From contig FLMG01000350.1 of the NCBI GenBank assembly GCA_900088475.1, forward strand, positions 124,001 through 188,000: a stretch of 64,000 nt of DNA, given 5' to 3'. The position numbers and the translations under genes are program-made. Of this stretch, positions 13,134 to 27,000 are shown piece by piece. How positions within the stretch are numbered: the first letter of the stretch is position 1; each line of letters opens with the position of its first letter. This stretch comes from Hyphochytrium catenoides. Its lineage: Eukaryota > Protista > Hyphochytriomycota. The notes beneath the pieces are model-generated. The model saw only the letters and a program-made list of their open reading frames with translations. It searched no databases and had not been told where the DNA came from.

Positions 13134-15475
13134 CTATTTTCTTGCAAAGAAGCTCATCATTGTCTTCTGAACTCCAGGTCCTGTCTTCTTTGGTGCTTTT
13201 TTGGAGTGAGGGATGGTTGGAGCTTTGCCACTTTTGGTGGTATTACCAGGCGCTGATGCTTCTCCATTCCTCTCTTTTACCGGTTCTTCTGGCTTCTTCT
13301 GGCAGATGTACAAGTAGATTAATCTTTCTGTATAGTACGGCGATAATAGAGGCAACCAACAGCAATGTTTACCTTTCTTGGTGACGGCGCTTTGACTGGC
13401 TCCTTAGGAGAGGTTGGACTGACTTCGCGCTCTTCATATACATCTTCCGTCACTACATCAAATGGGCAAAGTGAGCACTTGTAGCAAAGTTTTAGGGAAG
13501 CACATCCTTGTCTCGTACCGAAGTTGCCCTTCTCGTCCATCCTCATCCGTGACACCAAGACCCGTTTCTTTGTTATCTCTCCTTCCGCGGAGGAAGGCTC
13601 GGGAGGTGACTCGATGAAGTAGCTGCACCGGAAACGGGGTAAATACGGGAATTTGTATAACAGAGACTAGTCTACGTCCAACGTGTCAAGGTTTGAAACG
13701 AGGCTTACGGATTATAAGTCGGCGGAGGTGCCTTAGCCTTGGACGCTCTGCTCTTCCTCTGTCTCTTTGGAGCGCTGGGCTCTTCTTGGGCGTCCTGGTG
13801 GTGATCCGACTCCATCTCCTCATCGGACGGCGCCTCAATCTTCCTGACCCTCTTAGAGCGCTATTGAAGAGGAGGTTAGGCAATACGAGTATGACTACTA
13901 GTCACTAGTACAGTTGAAAAAAACAGTCATCTCTGCGCAATGAGGGCCCCAAGAAAGGAGGCGGACCTTTCTCACTGTTTCTCCAAACTCAAACTCCTCA
14001 TCGGTTTCGTCATCTGCTTTCCCTGTTACCGGTTCAACGAACTTCTCCTCGAGCGCAGCAGGCGGATTGACGTCTTTCGCCTATGGACGACAGGACGCGC
14101 AGGTGAACCTCTTTGAAGCAATTCTAAATCAGAAGACCATTATCAAGCTACCTGGGTTGTGGTCTGTCGGCTGGATGCTTGCTGAGACTCAATGGTTCCA
14201 GCAGCCCTTGAAATTGTCGTTTTCCTTGGAGATTCCCTCTCCTTTTCTGCTATGCAAAATCACGCGCCGAGGTTACAATTAAACTAGTATTGACCATCCT
14301 TGACATCATTGTCATCCTCCTCACCTTGTGAAGCTTGACGCTTGAACATTTGAGCCAAGCTGCTGTTCTGTGGCTTTCCTTGCCGATTGCTTGAGTCTGC
14401 CAGAGGTCTGCCAGAGTTCTTGGGTAAGCTATCCTTCTTGTGCTCGATACTGGAACTCCTTTTGGGCGCCGGGACACTCTTCGCTGTTGGGGCTAGAGGC
14501 ATACACTTATCTTAGCGGAACATATCTCCAGATGCAGACCAGAGACCCAAACGATGCTACATAGTGTGTCAAGCCAAAAAGATGTTTCGACGGCGCTATG
14601 GATGTATTGAAGGATCCCCAAAACGAAGAGAGTACAGTCAGCACGTAGGCCACACCGGAGTCGGTTCTTCCCGCTTTAGCCACCGAGTGGTGGTCAAAAG
14701 GATTGCTGCTATGTGCCGCCGTGACTTCCTTTGTTCTGTTTTCTTTGTCCACCAGACTTAATGAAGAAAATTGGACACTGCTAAGCCTGCAGGGTAACAG
14801 AGTCAGTATCGCTATTACCTATTAAGGAGTGGGCCCCACCCCAAAAGGATGTAGGATCACAAGACTCTTACTGATTGGTCCGGAAGGCATGGCCCTCTGG
14901 CGATTCTGACGTCTGCAGAGTCTTCCATTGTGAAAGGTCAGAGGATGACACCTGGGTCGTCCCGTTAATCCAGTTGCCAGAGCTCGAATAGCGAAAGGTG
15001 TAGTACTTACCACTGCTCCTAACACTTCCCCTTGCGTATCCTTTCTGGCTGCGGGTTTCCGGTGGTATACCGCGTACGGGTGAAGAGAGATGATAATGTC
15101 GAAGACTCGTTTCTTGTCTAGAGGGCAGACGAACGTTGGCCCCAGTAATAGCTACTTTCGCAGAGACCTTACCATCCAGCTCTAGGTCCTTTACGACTAG
15201 CACTTTATGGGCTCCTGTCTCCCTCAGCTTCCCGCTTAAGAAGTGCAAGAGCCCTACTTCACTATTATTTGAAGCAAACTTCTCTAGCAATCTATCGCGA
15301 AAATAAAGGGACATTAGGCTAAGTTAATGGAGTCGTGAAGCTGATGCAGTCCGGACCTGATACAGGTAGATGAGGGGGTGCTGGTAGTGTTAGCGAGCCA
15401 ACGATAAGAGACGACCTTATCTTCATCCAAAACCCACGACTCCAAGTCGTTGAGTATCGAGTCCGTATCCACCAT
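13134..15475 (-). CDS. POLD3: DNA polymerase delta subunit 3 (Cdc27/Pol32/p66)
   Basis: N-terminal LESWVLDEDKVVSYRWLA, low-complexity charged middle, KKRVLVSRMRMDEKGNFVTEDVYE, C-terminal PIP box QKTMMSFFARK*. Confidence 0.85.
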
Positions 15476-16396
15476 TGTTATCCTTCTGTACCGATCACAC
15501 AGTGCAAGGTTTTATTGGCCTGCTAGCATACCTCGCTGTGTTCCCTTTCATCCATGGAAGTCAAAGATCAGCGAGTATGGTCTCACTCCTCGAGCAAAAA
15601 CTGCATCGCTCCATGGTAGCGGCCAGGCGCTCTCAATAATGATGGTTCATACCATGACACTGCGTGAGGGAGACAGAAGAAGCTGGGAGGTGGTGAGGTG
15701 ACACTAGGAAGCTCTTCCAGTTGATCGCTCCCGTCTCAAAATTGCCGCCAAATCTCTGCTTCCTCCAAAAACTTCACTGCTTTCGCTCTTGAATTTTTGT
15801 GTTGCGAAAGTTACAAGTGTGTAATAAATTCCCTTTAGAAACATTTCTTGCGTTATTCGTTACGGAAACGAACAAAAGTACCCGACAATCCTAGCCGTTA
15901 GCGGGACAGTGCAAGAAAGCTCTTCTTTACAGGAGGAGGTCTGGGGCCCGCTGCATTACCAGCATCTTTTTACTCTCTTTCTTTTCTCTTCTCTCTCTTC
16001 TTTTCTCTTCTTGCGTCGGGTTCTCTGCAGAGTTTGTGGAGCGCTCTTATTATTAGCGCTGGGTAATAAGCGGACTAGCTTCGCCACAAGTGCCGATTTA
16101 AGCTTCCACGTGCGGTCGAGTGACGTCCATCTTGTGCTTCATACAGGTTGGTATCTAGCTCAATGTTGTCTTCTTAGCCCTGGGTGTGGCTGAAGTAGAG
16201 GAGGGGAAGAGTTGTTCTTACGGCAAGGCTCACTGCAGTTTTGGGACAAAAGGCGCTAAGAGCAGCTCGACGCACCAACAGCCTGGGGCCGGGACCCGGA
16301 TTGTGACCTCTGAAACCTGAGGGTGGCCCATACGTTTCTGGGAAGTGGTCTGCCCGGTTGCACCTAGAGCTTGTGCGAAGGCTATCCTAAGGCATC

Positions 16397-19300
16397 ATGG
16401 CTGGCAGTGCACTCAATCGTAACACTGGGATAATTTTCTTGGAGGAAGGTTGGAACAACGAAATCAAGCCAAGAGCGATTGATGTTCTGGAGAAAGTGCT
16501 CGAATCGGGGATGTCACATCCGTTCCCTCCAGGAGAATTCATGCCAATTTACACGTAAGCACGCACCTCTATATTTTTTGATAGCTATTCAGTTGCTTAN
16601 NNNNNNNNNAGACCATTCGGAACTATCTGTCAAACTCGGTTCTGCCTGCTCTTCGTGACAAGCACGACGAATACCTCCTGCAAGAGCTGACTAAACGCTG
16701 GGCAAATCATAAGATTATGAACAAGTGGATGTCTCGCTTCTTCATGTACCTTGATCGCTTTTATGTCAAGCACCACTCGCTTCCGACTCTAACAGAAGCA
16801 GGTACTGGCACAGCTCCCGCTACCCTCCCCTCCTTATGATAAGCATCCCTAACCTTACGTCACTTTCTTGCACTTCTTTTGCCCCAGGCCTGAAATCGTT
16901 TAAGTTCATTATCTATGATGTTTTCAAGCGAGATGCGGTAAATGCCATGCTCACCCTGATCAATAGGGAGCGCGATGGAGGTAAAGAGTCCATAGCTTGC
17001 CAACAAGCTTTTCTTGGTTTATGACCTGTGATGTGTGATACACTAGATATGGTGGACAAGGATTTGTTGAGAAACTGCGTAGAAATCTTTGTAAGCATGG
17101 GCATGGGCTCGCTTGATGCTTACACTCAGGACTTTGAAGAGGCACTCTGTCAGAGTACGACGGTGAGGCTGAGAACCACCCCTTAGTTCTCACTCTGAAA
17201 AACATGCAACTTCACTTCTCCCCCTCCTTCCGCCCATCTTGTAAATTGAGATGGGCTCTGCTAATTCATCTGTCGGTATCCGTGCTCAGGAATATTACGC
17301 CAGAAAGAGTCAGGAATGGGTGACAACGCATAGCACGCCAGACTATATGATCAAGGTGGGACAAGGGGTGATGAGAAGACAGCATCTTTTCTTGACGTTA
17401 AACACCCCCACATCTTTTGGCTCCTTTTCTAGGCCGAAGACTCTCTGAATCAGGAAGTTCAGCGGGTCTCCAATTACCTGAACCCGGTGACAGAGCCAAA
17501 GCTTCTTGTGAGTAGCTAGCGCGGATATTTATAGAGCTCTATCCGTAATTGATTTTGTCCTTGGGCGTGCTTACTCGCAGAAAGTTTGCACCACAGAACT
17601 TCTTGAGAAGCACGCTCGGGTCATCCTTGAGAAAGAGGGTAGCGGCTGCATCGCTCTTCTGCAGAATGACAAGGCCGAGGATCTTTCTCGGATGTATAGG
17701 CTCTTCTCGAAATTCAATAATGGCCTAACACCTATGGCCGCTCTTGTCCGGCAGCACATTGAGGCAATGGTAAGTATCTTCATCTTCACTTCACCCTCTT
17801 GAATTTCATTTGACATTTGCAAGGGTGGAGTTATCTGCGCCAACCCCCCACACCCGGTCTGCTTCCTTGTAGCTGTGTGTGAGGGTCTTTGTGTCTTTCC
17901 TCTGCGCACTGCTAACCCCATTCCCAATCAGGGCCAAGCCATTGTAGATAAGAGGGAGGCTACCATTCAGTCTGGAGAGAAGGACTCCAATAGCGACCCT
18001 TCATTTGTGAAAGAGCTACTAGCGCTTCATGAGAAGTACAAAGAAGTTGTCATGCAGCAGTTCAATGGGAACTCACTCTTCCAGAAGGCCCTCAAAGAGG
18101 CGTTCGTGACTTTCGTGAACCGCGACGTTGGGAAGTACTCTAATGCTGAGATGATCAGCAGCTTCTGCGACCGCCTTCTTAAAACAGGAGGAGAGAAGCT
18201 GAGTGATGAGCAGGTTGAGGAATACCTGGAGAAGGTGGTCCAGTTATTCTCGTATCTCACTGATAAGGACCTCTTTGGAGAAATTTATAGAAACCAACTT
18301 GCCAAGCGCCTGTTGAAGCAACGTTCCGCGAGGTATAACTATATTCTGTCCATGTTAGTTGGGGCCCGAGTTTTGTTAGCTAACGCACAGGTTGTCGGTG
18401 GCGTAGTGACGATGCTGAAAGAGTTATGATTGGCAAGCTCAAGTTTCGATGCGGCGCTCAATTTACCTCGAAAATGGAGGGTACGATGAGTTTTGTTCGG
18501 TTTCCTTTCACTTTTTTATACCGTCGCCACTGAGGAAACTCAAACGCAGCTCCTCTCTCCGTCACTTCAACCCCCAGATCTCCTCTCATATGACGTTTTC
18601 CTTCCTTTCGCGGGCTCCCTGAAGTCGGAAAGATGACTTCTTTCTACTGCTTCGGTTTCTTGTCTACTCCCTGTGCTTATGATGCCTCCGTTCATGTGCA
18701 TTCTCTCAGGTATGCTGAGCGACCTATCGGTGGCTGCGGACCACCAATCGGACTTTGACCAGTACTGCAAGAAGGAGGCAGTGGACCTCGGCCGCATTGA
18801 CTTTTCAGTGCAAGTGTTGACCACTGGCTACTGGCCAACCTATAAAATGTTCGATCTCATCCTTCCTCCTTCGATGGTGCGCTGCATCCAAGTGTTCCAA
18901 CAGTATTATGAGAGCAAGACCAGCCATCGGTGCTTAAAATGGGCGCATGAACTAGGAAATGCCTCAGTCAAAGCAGATTACGGCAAAAAGTCATATGATT
19001 TGCAGGTACTGGGAAGGTCTTTCCCTCAATTTCGGATATATTTCCTTCTCGTAGAAGCTCTCTCTCGATGATTTGTTATTATACCATCCTGGGACCTAGT
19101 AAGGGCTTCGTACTAAAATGCCTTAGAAGCTTTAATCCTTGATGCCGATGCATGACTTAGCGCAGCCACCCTGGCCCTGACGTCAACCTCATCACTTTCT
19201 TATCTTCAGGTGACCACCCTACAAGCCGTGGCTCTGCTGCTTTTCAATGAGAACGACGAACTGGACTTCAACCAAATAAAGGATGCCATCAATGTGCCAG

Positions 19301-20262
19301 ACGAAACAGCCAAAAGAATCCTCCACTCATTGGTAAGCTCTTGTTGGGAACTGAAGTGTGAGATGGATGGTATCTGGCACCCAGAATAGTAGTGCTTCTC
19401 TTCGGTCTATACGAAGGTCCAGCCTACAAAGGCAATTGTCACACCAAACAAGATTCCGTCAACGTTCTAGCCACTTATGACCAGTCTCAATCGTTAACAA
19501 CGGCTTCATCTTTGTCTCATTATTAAGACATCCTGCATCTCTTTCGCTCCTCCGTCTCTTGATCCCTAGTCATGCGGTAAGTATAAGATCTTAGTCAAAG
19601 AGCCTGCCGGGAAGACCATCAATAGTACCGACAAGTTCACCTACAATGCTAAATTCGCGAACCCCATGAGAAAATTCATCGTGCCCATGGCCAGCCTCAC
19701 GGAGACCCACAATCCCACAGCCGTGGATAATGACAGAAGGTACGGTCAGCTATTTTGGGCCTTGTCTATACCGGTGTGCTCCTTGGCCCTGACGCCGCTC
19801 TGTTCGTTATGAGGTTCTTTGAAAGTTCTTGTTTGCTAGCGCCTGCGTGACGGGCAACCCATTAATGCTTGCTTCGGGCCTTAACCTTACGCCTCCTTTC
19901 CTGCTTGATCTCCCAGTATTGCCATTGAAGCGGCGATAGTTAGAATAATGAAGGCCAGGAAAGCATGTGGTCACCAGCAGCTGTTGGCGGAAGTCCTCAC
20001 TCAGCTTTCTTTCTTCAAACCTAATCCCAAGGTAAAGACCCTGTGCAGCCGTCCGGGATTGTTCAGTAGATTGCATGGCCAGAGGAAGCCTGGACAAAGC
20101 AGGAATATGACAGACAGGGGTGTAGGTGACCTTTGCTGACGTCATCCATATTCTGCTTGGTGTCTCCCACAGGTGATCAAGAGACGGATCGAAGCGTTAA
20201 TTGAGCGAGAATACCTAGAGAGAGACCCCGACCAACCGAATTCCTACCGCTACTTAGCATAG
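16397..20262 (+). CDS. CUL1: Cullin (CUL1-type), multi-exon
   Basis: [47 protein letters not shown] (neddylation site), [13 protein letters not shown]...YRYLA*. N gap at 16600-16609 hides part of an exon. Confidence 0.95.
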
Positions 20263-20467
20263 CCTCGTTTTTCTAAAGTCCTTAACTTCCTCCCCGTATG
20301 GCCTGTGGAGTCAGGGGCTAATAGTATCGCAATGACCGCACAAGAGCCTGCTATATTTTCTTGATATACATGTCATAGACACCCTCAAAACTTGAGGAGG
20401 CGTTCGAAAGATCACAACAGCACGTTCATGTGTGGAAGAGAAGACTGGAGAATGACGCTTGCAAGGT

Positions 20468-23100
20468 TTAGAAGTAGTTATCAGACTGGTTTGTCTCATC
20501 TTCCTCGTCATCGACTCCACCGTTATCTTCTTCTTCTGAATCCTCCTCCCCAGCTGAAGCGGAGATCTGAGAAGCATCTTCTCCTCCCGATTCGGCGAGG
20601 GAAACGTCATCCTCTTCTTCCGAGTCCTGGGCCGCCAGATTTCCCCTTTGATTGCCTGTCTTTTTACCCTTGTTGCGTCGTCCAGCGTCCTCAACGCTGG
20701 AATCTTCACCGTTCTCTTCCTCGCTGTCATCCTGGGGATCTCTGCTATTTGAAGGAAGGCAGAGATAAGTGACTCTGGCGCTGGCAGCAAGCATGCCAAC
20801 AATTTCAGGGGAAGTAGGGAAACAGCAAGCAGCAGGCAGAACGTGGGAACCTAGAGATGGGGAAGCTGCATGATTCTAGAATGGCAAGGGTAGCCAAGCT
20901 TTCTATATGGTTTAAAAAGATGTACAGAGCTCTAGCTGGAAAAAAGGGGAAGACTCTATATTCTTACTTGTCGGCTGGTCCTTTGCCTTTGCTTGCCTTG
21001 TTGCCATCTGACGGCGTGTCAAGAAAGCTGTCATCGACATCTTGCTCACTAAAGATAGCGTCAGTTATTCAGGAACCGTACATAGAGAGGACCAATCTTT
21101 TCTCTTCCAGCCCTTGTTTCCTAAGTTCCGACTTTTGCTCGCCTACCTAGCGTCCTCGACATCTTATATATCATCCGGGGCTATATTGCCCTAACCCCAG
21201 TATACATCCTCACCCTATTCTTACCCTCGCAGTATTCGTAGCTCCTCGTCCTTAAGCTTCTTCTGCATTTTCTTGATAGATCGGTCTGTCTCTTTGAGCT
21301 TCTCCTTCTCACTCTTCTCGTACAGCTTCAACTCGTACTCCAGATAATCCAGGTTACGATATCGCTCTAGATAGGTCTGGAAAGACAGGCAGAAGCAGAG
21401 GAAGGAAGGAGGGATTGGGAGATGGTAAATGAGGGCACCCCCTGACGGTTGAAAAATCTATCACAAAGGAAGCCGAGCCTGACAGGTTGTGAAGATAAGA
21501 GCTAGGCAGCAATGACAGCAGTGCTAGATCGAGCGAGGATGTCTGCCTCTACAGTGCAGGGCAACTAGAGGGGCAATTTTTTCCGATCCGCTCAATAGTT
21601 CTGGGACTAACTGACATAGGCAAAACAGCGCATCTTTCTCGGCATTCCAGTGAAAGAGGATAAACTAGTAGACAATGGAAGAACAGGTTGGCCATGTACC
21701 TCATACTGCCGTTCCAGCTCCTTCTCCAGCTTCTCGTACTCGTCCATGAAGGCTGGCCTTACACTCTGCAGGTTCTTGAGTCTCTTCTCAACTCTTTCAA
21801 GCTCCTGCTGCTTCTTCTTGATCTTTGCCAGGATGCTGTTCTCATCTGCTTCGAGCTCCTGGCACTGCTTCTCGACCCTGTCTGCTTGTTCATTTGCGGT
21901 AGCAATTAGCTCTCTGATGCAACGCTCAATATGTCTCTGTTCGTGGCTGCTGTCAAGGTTGCCAGCAATAGCGTCTAGGAACTTGAGGGCACGCATCCTG
22001 GCCTCACGCAGCTCAAGCTAACAGGGACCAGATGCGTGGGCAATGGAAGGTCCAATGAGGTCGTAAGAAAAGCGTTAGGGGCCACAATGAAGCAGACACC
22101 TCTTAACAAGGATGAACACTGTCCCTCTCTTGCGCCGTTATTCCACAGGTCTTGGTACCTCCCTTTTTACTGTTTTTGTCTTCCTCCTCCTTCTGCGTCC
22201 AAGAGTTCCTCTTTAATTCCCATCATTATTTCCTACCTCTTGGGCGAGCAGGTCGTAAAGCTTCGAACCAGCTTCAGTGATTTCTGTGGCTGTTTGTTTG
22301 GCCTGCTTGAGGTCTCTAAATCGTGATCCAAGTGGATTGACTGTTGCCAGGGGAACCAATATAAAACGTGATGAGAGACATGGACACCTGATTTACTACT
22401 AGATGAATGAAGGATCATCAGGAGGTGCAAGAGGTGACAAACAGCAACGTCAGGAGGCACCCTAGAGTCCTTTTCTTGAACTAGACCATTTTCTCTGTCT
22501 GTTTGAACCCCTCGCGTGACTCACCCTCAATCTCTTCAGGATCGCCCTGCTGGGTATTGTCATTGCATTTGAACGCTTCGTAGAGCACACTCGCCACCTT
22601 TAGTAGCTCTTTCACGGCAGAGCCGTCCGCTGCGTACAACTTCTTGCCGTTCAGCTTCAGCCGCGCCTTTGTTTGCATCGCCTGGGCGTGACGGTTGCGT
22701 GAGAGGCATGTCCATAACCGGAAGAAGAATTATTAATGGTTTAAAGGAGGAACGCTAGGGAGACAAAAGGACAGAGCTGTGGCACTATAAATCTGAGCTG
22801 AAGCTACCTTGCATTGCACCATTCACTCACCTGCACAACTGTAGTGATGAATTGCACCCGGTCGTCCTCACTGTCGATAACGTCTGACAGCTGTATAGAT
22901 GGGTCATACTTCTTTACCATCCAAAACAAACAATCAGCCACCAGCTCAAAGTTTGGGGTCCGAAAGTTTTCTACGGAGACCTGCAGGCAGTATTCTCTCA
23001 GATCTTTATACTGCACAGCCCCGGGAGTCGGACTTACCAATCGCGGATATCCCAAGGTCCGCATATACTCTGTGAAGTTCCTAAGCTCTCTGAAGGACAT
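20468..23100 (-). CDS. CLUAP1: Clusterin-associated protein 1 / IFT38 (IFT-B complex)
   Basis: [78 protein letters not shown], acidic tail ending SDNYF*. Confidence 0.93.
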
Positions 23101-24047
23101 TTTTGTGGTCTGAGGGATGAAAGACTACACCCTTTGTCGGTCTTGATGCTGGTGATATAACTACGAACTCCCTTTGGCGCTTACTAGTACCGCTTTTAGC
23201 GAGGCGACGGCAGCGGGATCGACCAATCCTTCTTCTAACCTGGTCGTTGGGGCGACGTCAACTCCAGTCGGACAGAAGAAAGGGATAATCAGGAGGCAGG
23301 AAAGGCGTGGAAGAACGGCAGGCAATCCTCCTGCAGCATGGATAAGTCACGCCAACAGCGCGAAGGGGAACTAATGGCGGAATGTAGAAGTAAGCTGCAT
23401 GAGACAGCCGTTCAACGGTGAAAGGAAGAGGAGAGAGGACAGCAAGAGGTAGGAAGGTGGAGAGAGACAGCGAGAGAAAGAGCGAAGAGAGAGGGAGGAC
23501 GCAAGCCAGGATGCCCGGACGATGCTGTGGACCGATGAAACGATTCTGGTGATGCGCTCAGAGCACGACGTTTGGTGACGGAACCATGGCCGGGAGAAAT
23601 CGGTCACAGTCATGCAGTACTAACCATCATTTATAACGGTATTCTCCACCAATAGTCCCGAACCTCATGGCCCCGTATCTACCGGTAACGGCTATCACTG
23701 TCGGGCTTGGTCTCCATCAGAATCTGAACACCATCAATTGGTCGAAGATTTACTGGCAGGAATATTATCTTAGGACTTTCTGTGTCGCTTCGTCTGTCTG
23801 GATCAGAATTTTTGTCACGGCACCAAGATGATGATGGGAAGGGTTCGGATGACTGTCTCGTGGAGATGATAAGGAATGGCACCAAGAGGGCATCCAGGAG
23901 TGTGAGCTAGAGAAGAAAGTTGGACCTTCCCTAGCTCATTGCTCAGCTGCGAAAGGCTAAAACGATGGGAGGCGGAGCGGCCGGCGGGTGATAACCTTGA
24001 TTTGTTGGCATAGCTGGAGGATCTAACACTGCAGAACAGTAGGCCGG

Positions 24048-27000
24048 ATGTCTTCCGATCACTTCATGGACTTAGAGCTTGCTCGAGAGCTCGCCCAGCA
24101 TGAGCTTATCAGCAGCGCTCGAGAGAACGCCAGAGGAGCAAGCTCGAACGATCTGCTTCGCTCTACCGGCAGCAACAGCGGTATGAATGGAGTCTTATGT
24201 TACCTTCTCCCTTGCTAATGCTGTGATATTACAGCCAAGCAGAAGAAAGTCAGCCTTCGTGATAAGAAAAAGAAGAAGAAGGAGCAGTCAGAGGCATTGG
24301 CCAAAGTGGACGAAAAGTTTGATCCCTACAGGCAGTTCTACGATGAGGAGTTTGAAGGTGGACATGGATGATGTACTCATAGACAGGCTGCAGTTCTTAC
24401 TTGGTCTAGTTCAGTAGGCCCCTCCTTTAACCCCCAGCAGCCTTCTTTTCCTCTCCCTTCCCGGACCTTATCCCCCTCTCCTTCCTATAAAGCTAGACAG
24501 CAAGTCTTATTTTTCTTCCCATTCGGCTTATTATTCCCCTTCTTCGGTTGGATGCACCGCTATTTGATAAGACTGTCTTCGTCACCTTATTGTTACGTGT
24601 CCCATAGGAGACCAGTCATTGGCTCCGGAAGATGCAGGCGCAGCGCTGCTGGCCTCTATAATCCAAAAGTCAAATCTGAAGATAGTGACAGCGAACGGGC
24701 GGTCAAAGTTGGCCACAGAGAAAGACCTTTCCACCTATGTCCGGTAGGCGCTTTTACCTAGAGGAGAGGTTTGTTTCAAGGACTAAGGACTGTGCAGGGA
24801 GGAGAGAAGGACGGCCTAATAGGCAGGGAATGAGAAAGTGTAGGGTCATAGAGAAGATGGCAGAGATACACCGCAGGACCTGTGTACAAGCAGTGGAAGG
24901 GAGACGGATAACATTGGGACGGGAAGACCAGGAGTGGGGAGAGCCAGAGTTGGAACTCAAGGCCCACAAGCCCACGCCTTTTCTATATGGAATCTTATAG
25001 TGCCTAGTTGCGAAATGATGAAGTTTGCGGCGCACCCAGTCCGCTAAGGATCTCCCTCATACTTGCCTTCTATCGCAGAAAGGAGACGAAAGAACAAGTA
25101 TACTTGCGTGTCTTGAGAAGCAGGGAGGCTATCAACATAACGAACCGACAAGTGCCCCTTAGAGCATCTCCCCTTCTACGAGACCGAGTACTCGACCATC
25201 CAAGACGGCCAAAGTGGAGCTACACTTTGACCAAAGAGGAAGGTAGACCAACCTAAGGTCCGGGGTCTCAGTGCTAGTTGCACTTCTTGCTATACCTGAC
25301 CCCTTTATAATTCCATGCCTTGATCGTGTTACTTTTACCTCTTTTTAATGTCTTCAAGTGCAGCTATGCGAAGCAATGGTTGCCTGTTGTCCACTGTGCA
25401 AAATCACTTCTCCTTCCAGCATGGTTCATTCCGCAAAGTGCGGTTTGCCCAATGTCCCCCGACATCCTCTCTGACTCTAGACATATTTCCTCTTTTATTT
25501 CCGTTTGTTTGCGCTCTGCATTTGGCTGCCATACTGTGCGTCTACGTGTAGTCGAAAGGACAGAACGCGAAAGCTTCGATCGCTGGCTGTCTGCAATCTA
25601 TGACAAGTACAACTTCAGCCAGCTTAACCACTTTGAGCACAACCTTGAAGTTTGGAGACAGCTGTGGAGGGTACTAGAGAGAGCAGATACGGTAGGCAGA
25701 GTCCGTTGCGCCTGCGTGACCCTAGTTTAACGATTCTAGCAAGTGACACCCTCTGCTGTCTCTTTCTGTGACCCTGTACACTGCCTTGTTCTATCCGTTT
25801 TTTCCTGAGAGTTTGCCCGACCTAGACGTCCTCTGATGTAGTAAAGCCTTCCTGCAAGACTTCGTCTTCTGCTACCACTCGGCCTCGGGCACACATTTTA
25901 TACTTTCCTTCGGCGAATGTAGGTTGTTATCGTGACAGATGCACGCAACCCGCTGATGCATATTCCTCCGTCGCTTTACGAGGAGGTTACTCAGGAGAGG
26001 AAAAAGAAGCTGATCATCGTCCTGAACAAGGTCGACCTTCTCCCAACCACAGTAATCGCAAGTTGGCTGAGCTATCTAAGGAAGCGGTTTAAGGAAGCAG
26101 ACTTCGTGCTCTTCTCATCCCGAAATGAAGTGCTGCTAGAAGAAGACAAGATGTCTGTCAGAAGGAAGGTCCTGAGGTATGCCCAAGGGATTTTCCATTG
26201 ATGAAATGCTGGATTTTTCAGTTACGCAGTACTACTTTCTCAACCTTAGTCTCCGAGTGCTGGTTGCCTGCTGCAATAGACTGGCCTATCTGTGCTTGCG
26301 AGTCGTTGCTCCGTCTCGAGCTCTATGACTGAGAAAACTATGTCCCAGCTCCAAAGTGGACGTAAACTCTACGGGAGCACGAGCCGGAGCTCAAAGAATT
26401 CTGGAAGCCTGTGGAGTCAATCAAGAGGTCATTGGTAAGTCCGTGAAATTAGCTCTGCATTGAGACAAAGGGTAGTATGCGGGCCAAGAGAGGGCGCAGG
26501 GGCAGTCTTGGGTCTAAGATCGGGGACTACCGTTCACGGACCTATTCTATCTTTAGCTCAGTCCTTATCTTTCCGTTTTCAGCTGAGATAATGGCAAGCA
26601 GAGAGCATACTCAGGAAGGCATTGTGACTGCAAACGCAAAACCCAAGCGCTCCAGGCGAGCCAAAAAGGGTAGGGGCCCTAACGAGTGCACATTTTTAAT
26701 ATGCGACACCTTCTGACCTAACCTGACCCTCGCTGGCTGTAATGTAAGAAACGAAATCGGTGTCCAACCGGACCATGGATACCTCTCTCAAGCCACATAG
26801 GCACCGACCTGAACCCTGTGGTTGGTGTGGCGGCGGGGAGCCGGTCGTATCGTGCTCTTCTTGCTCGGATGGCTTCGAGGCTCTGCTCATGTGCAGACGG
26901 TGTCATAGAGAAGTCCACAACTCCGGCACCAAACATGAGGTACGCTAAACGATACCTACCACATGAATTTAGAGAGGACCAATTCGCCATCCCGTTGTCA

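Noticed and set aside
10685-20262. SENP-cullin functional cluster (deneddylase next to its substrate)
   Set aside because: Protease motifs (WLNDEVIN, VRRWT) are Ulp1/SENP1-type rather than NEDP1, POLD3 lies between them, and adjacency is probably chance.
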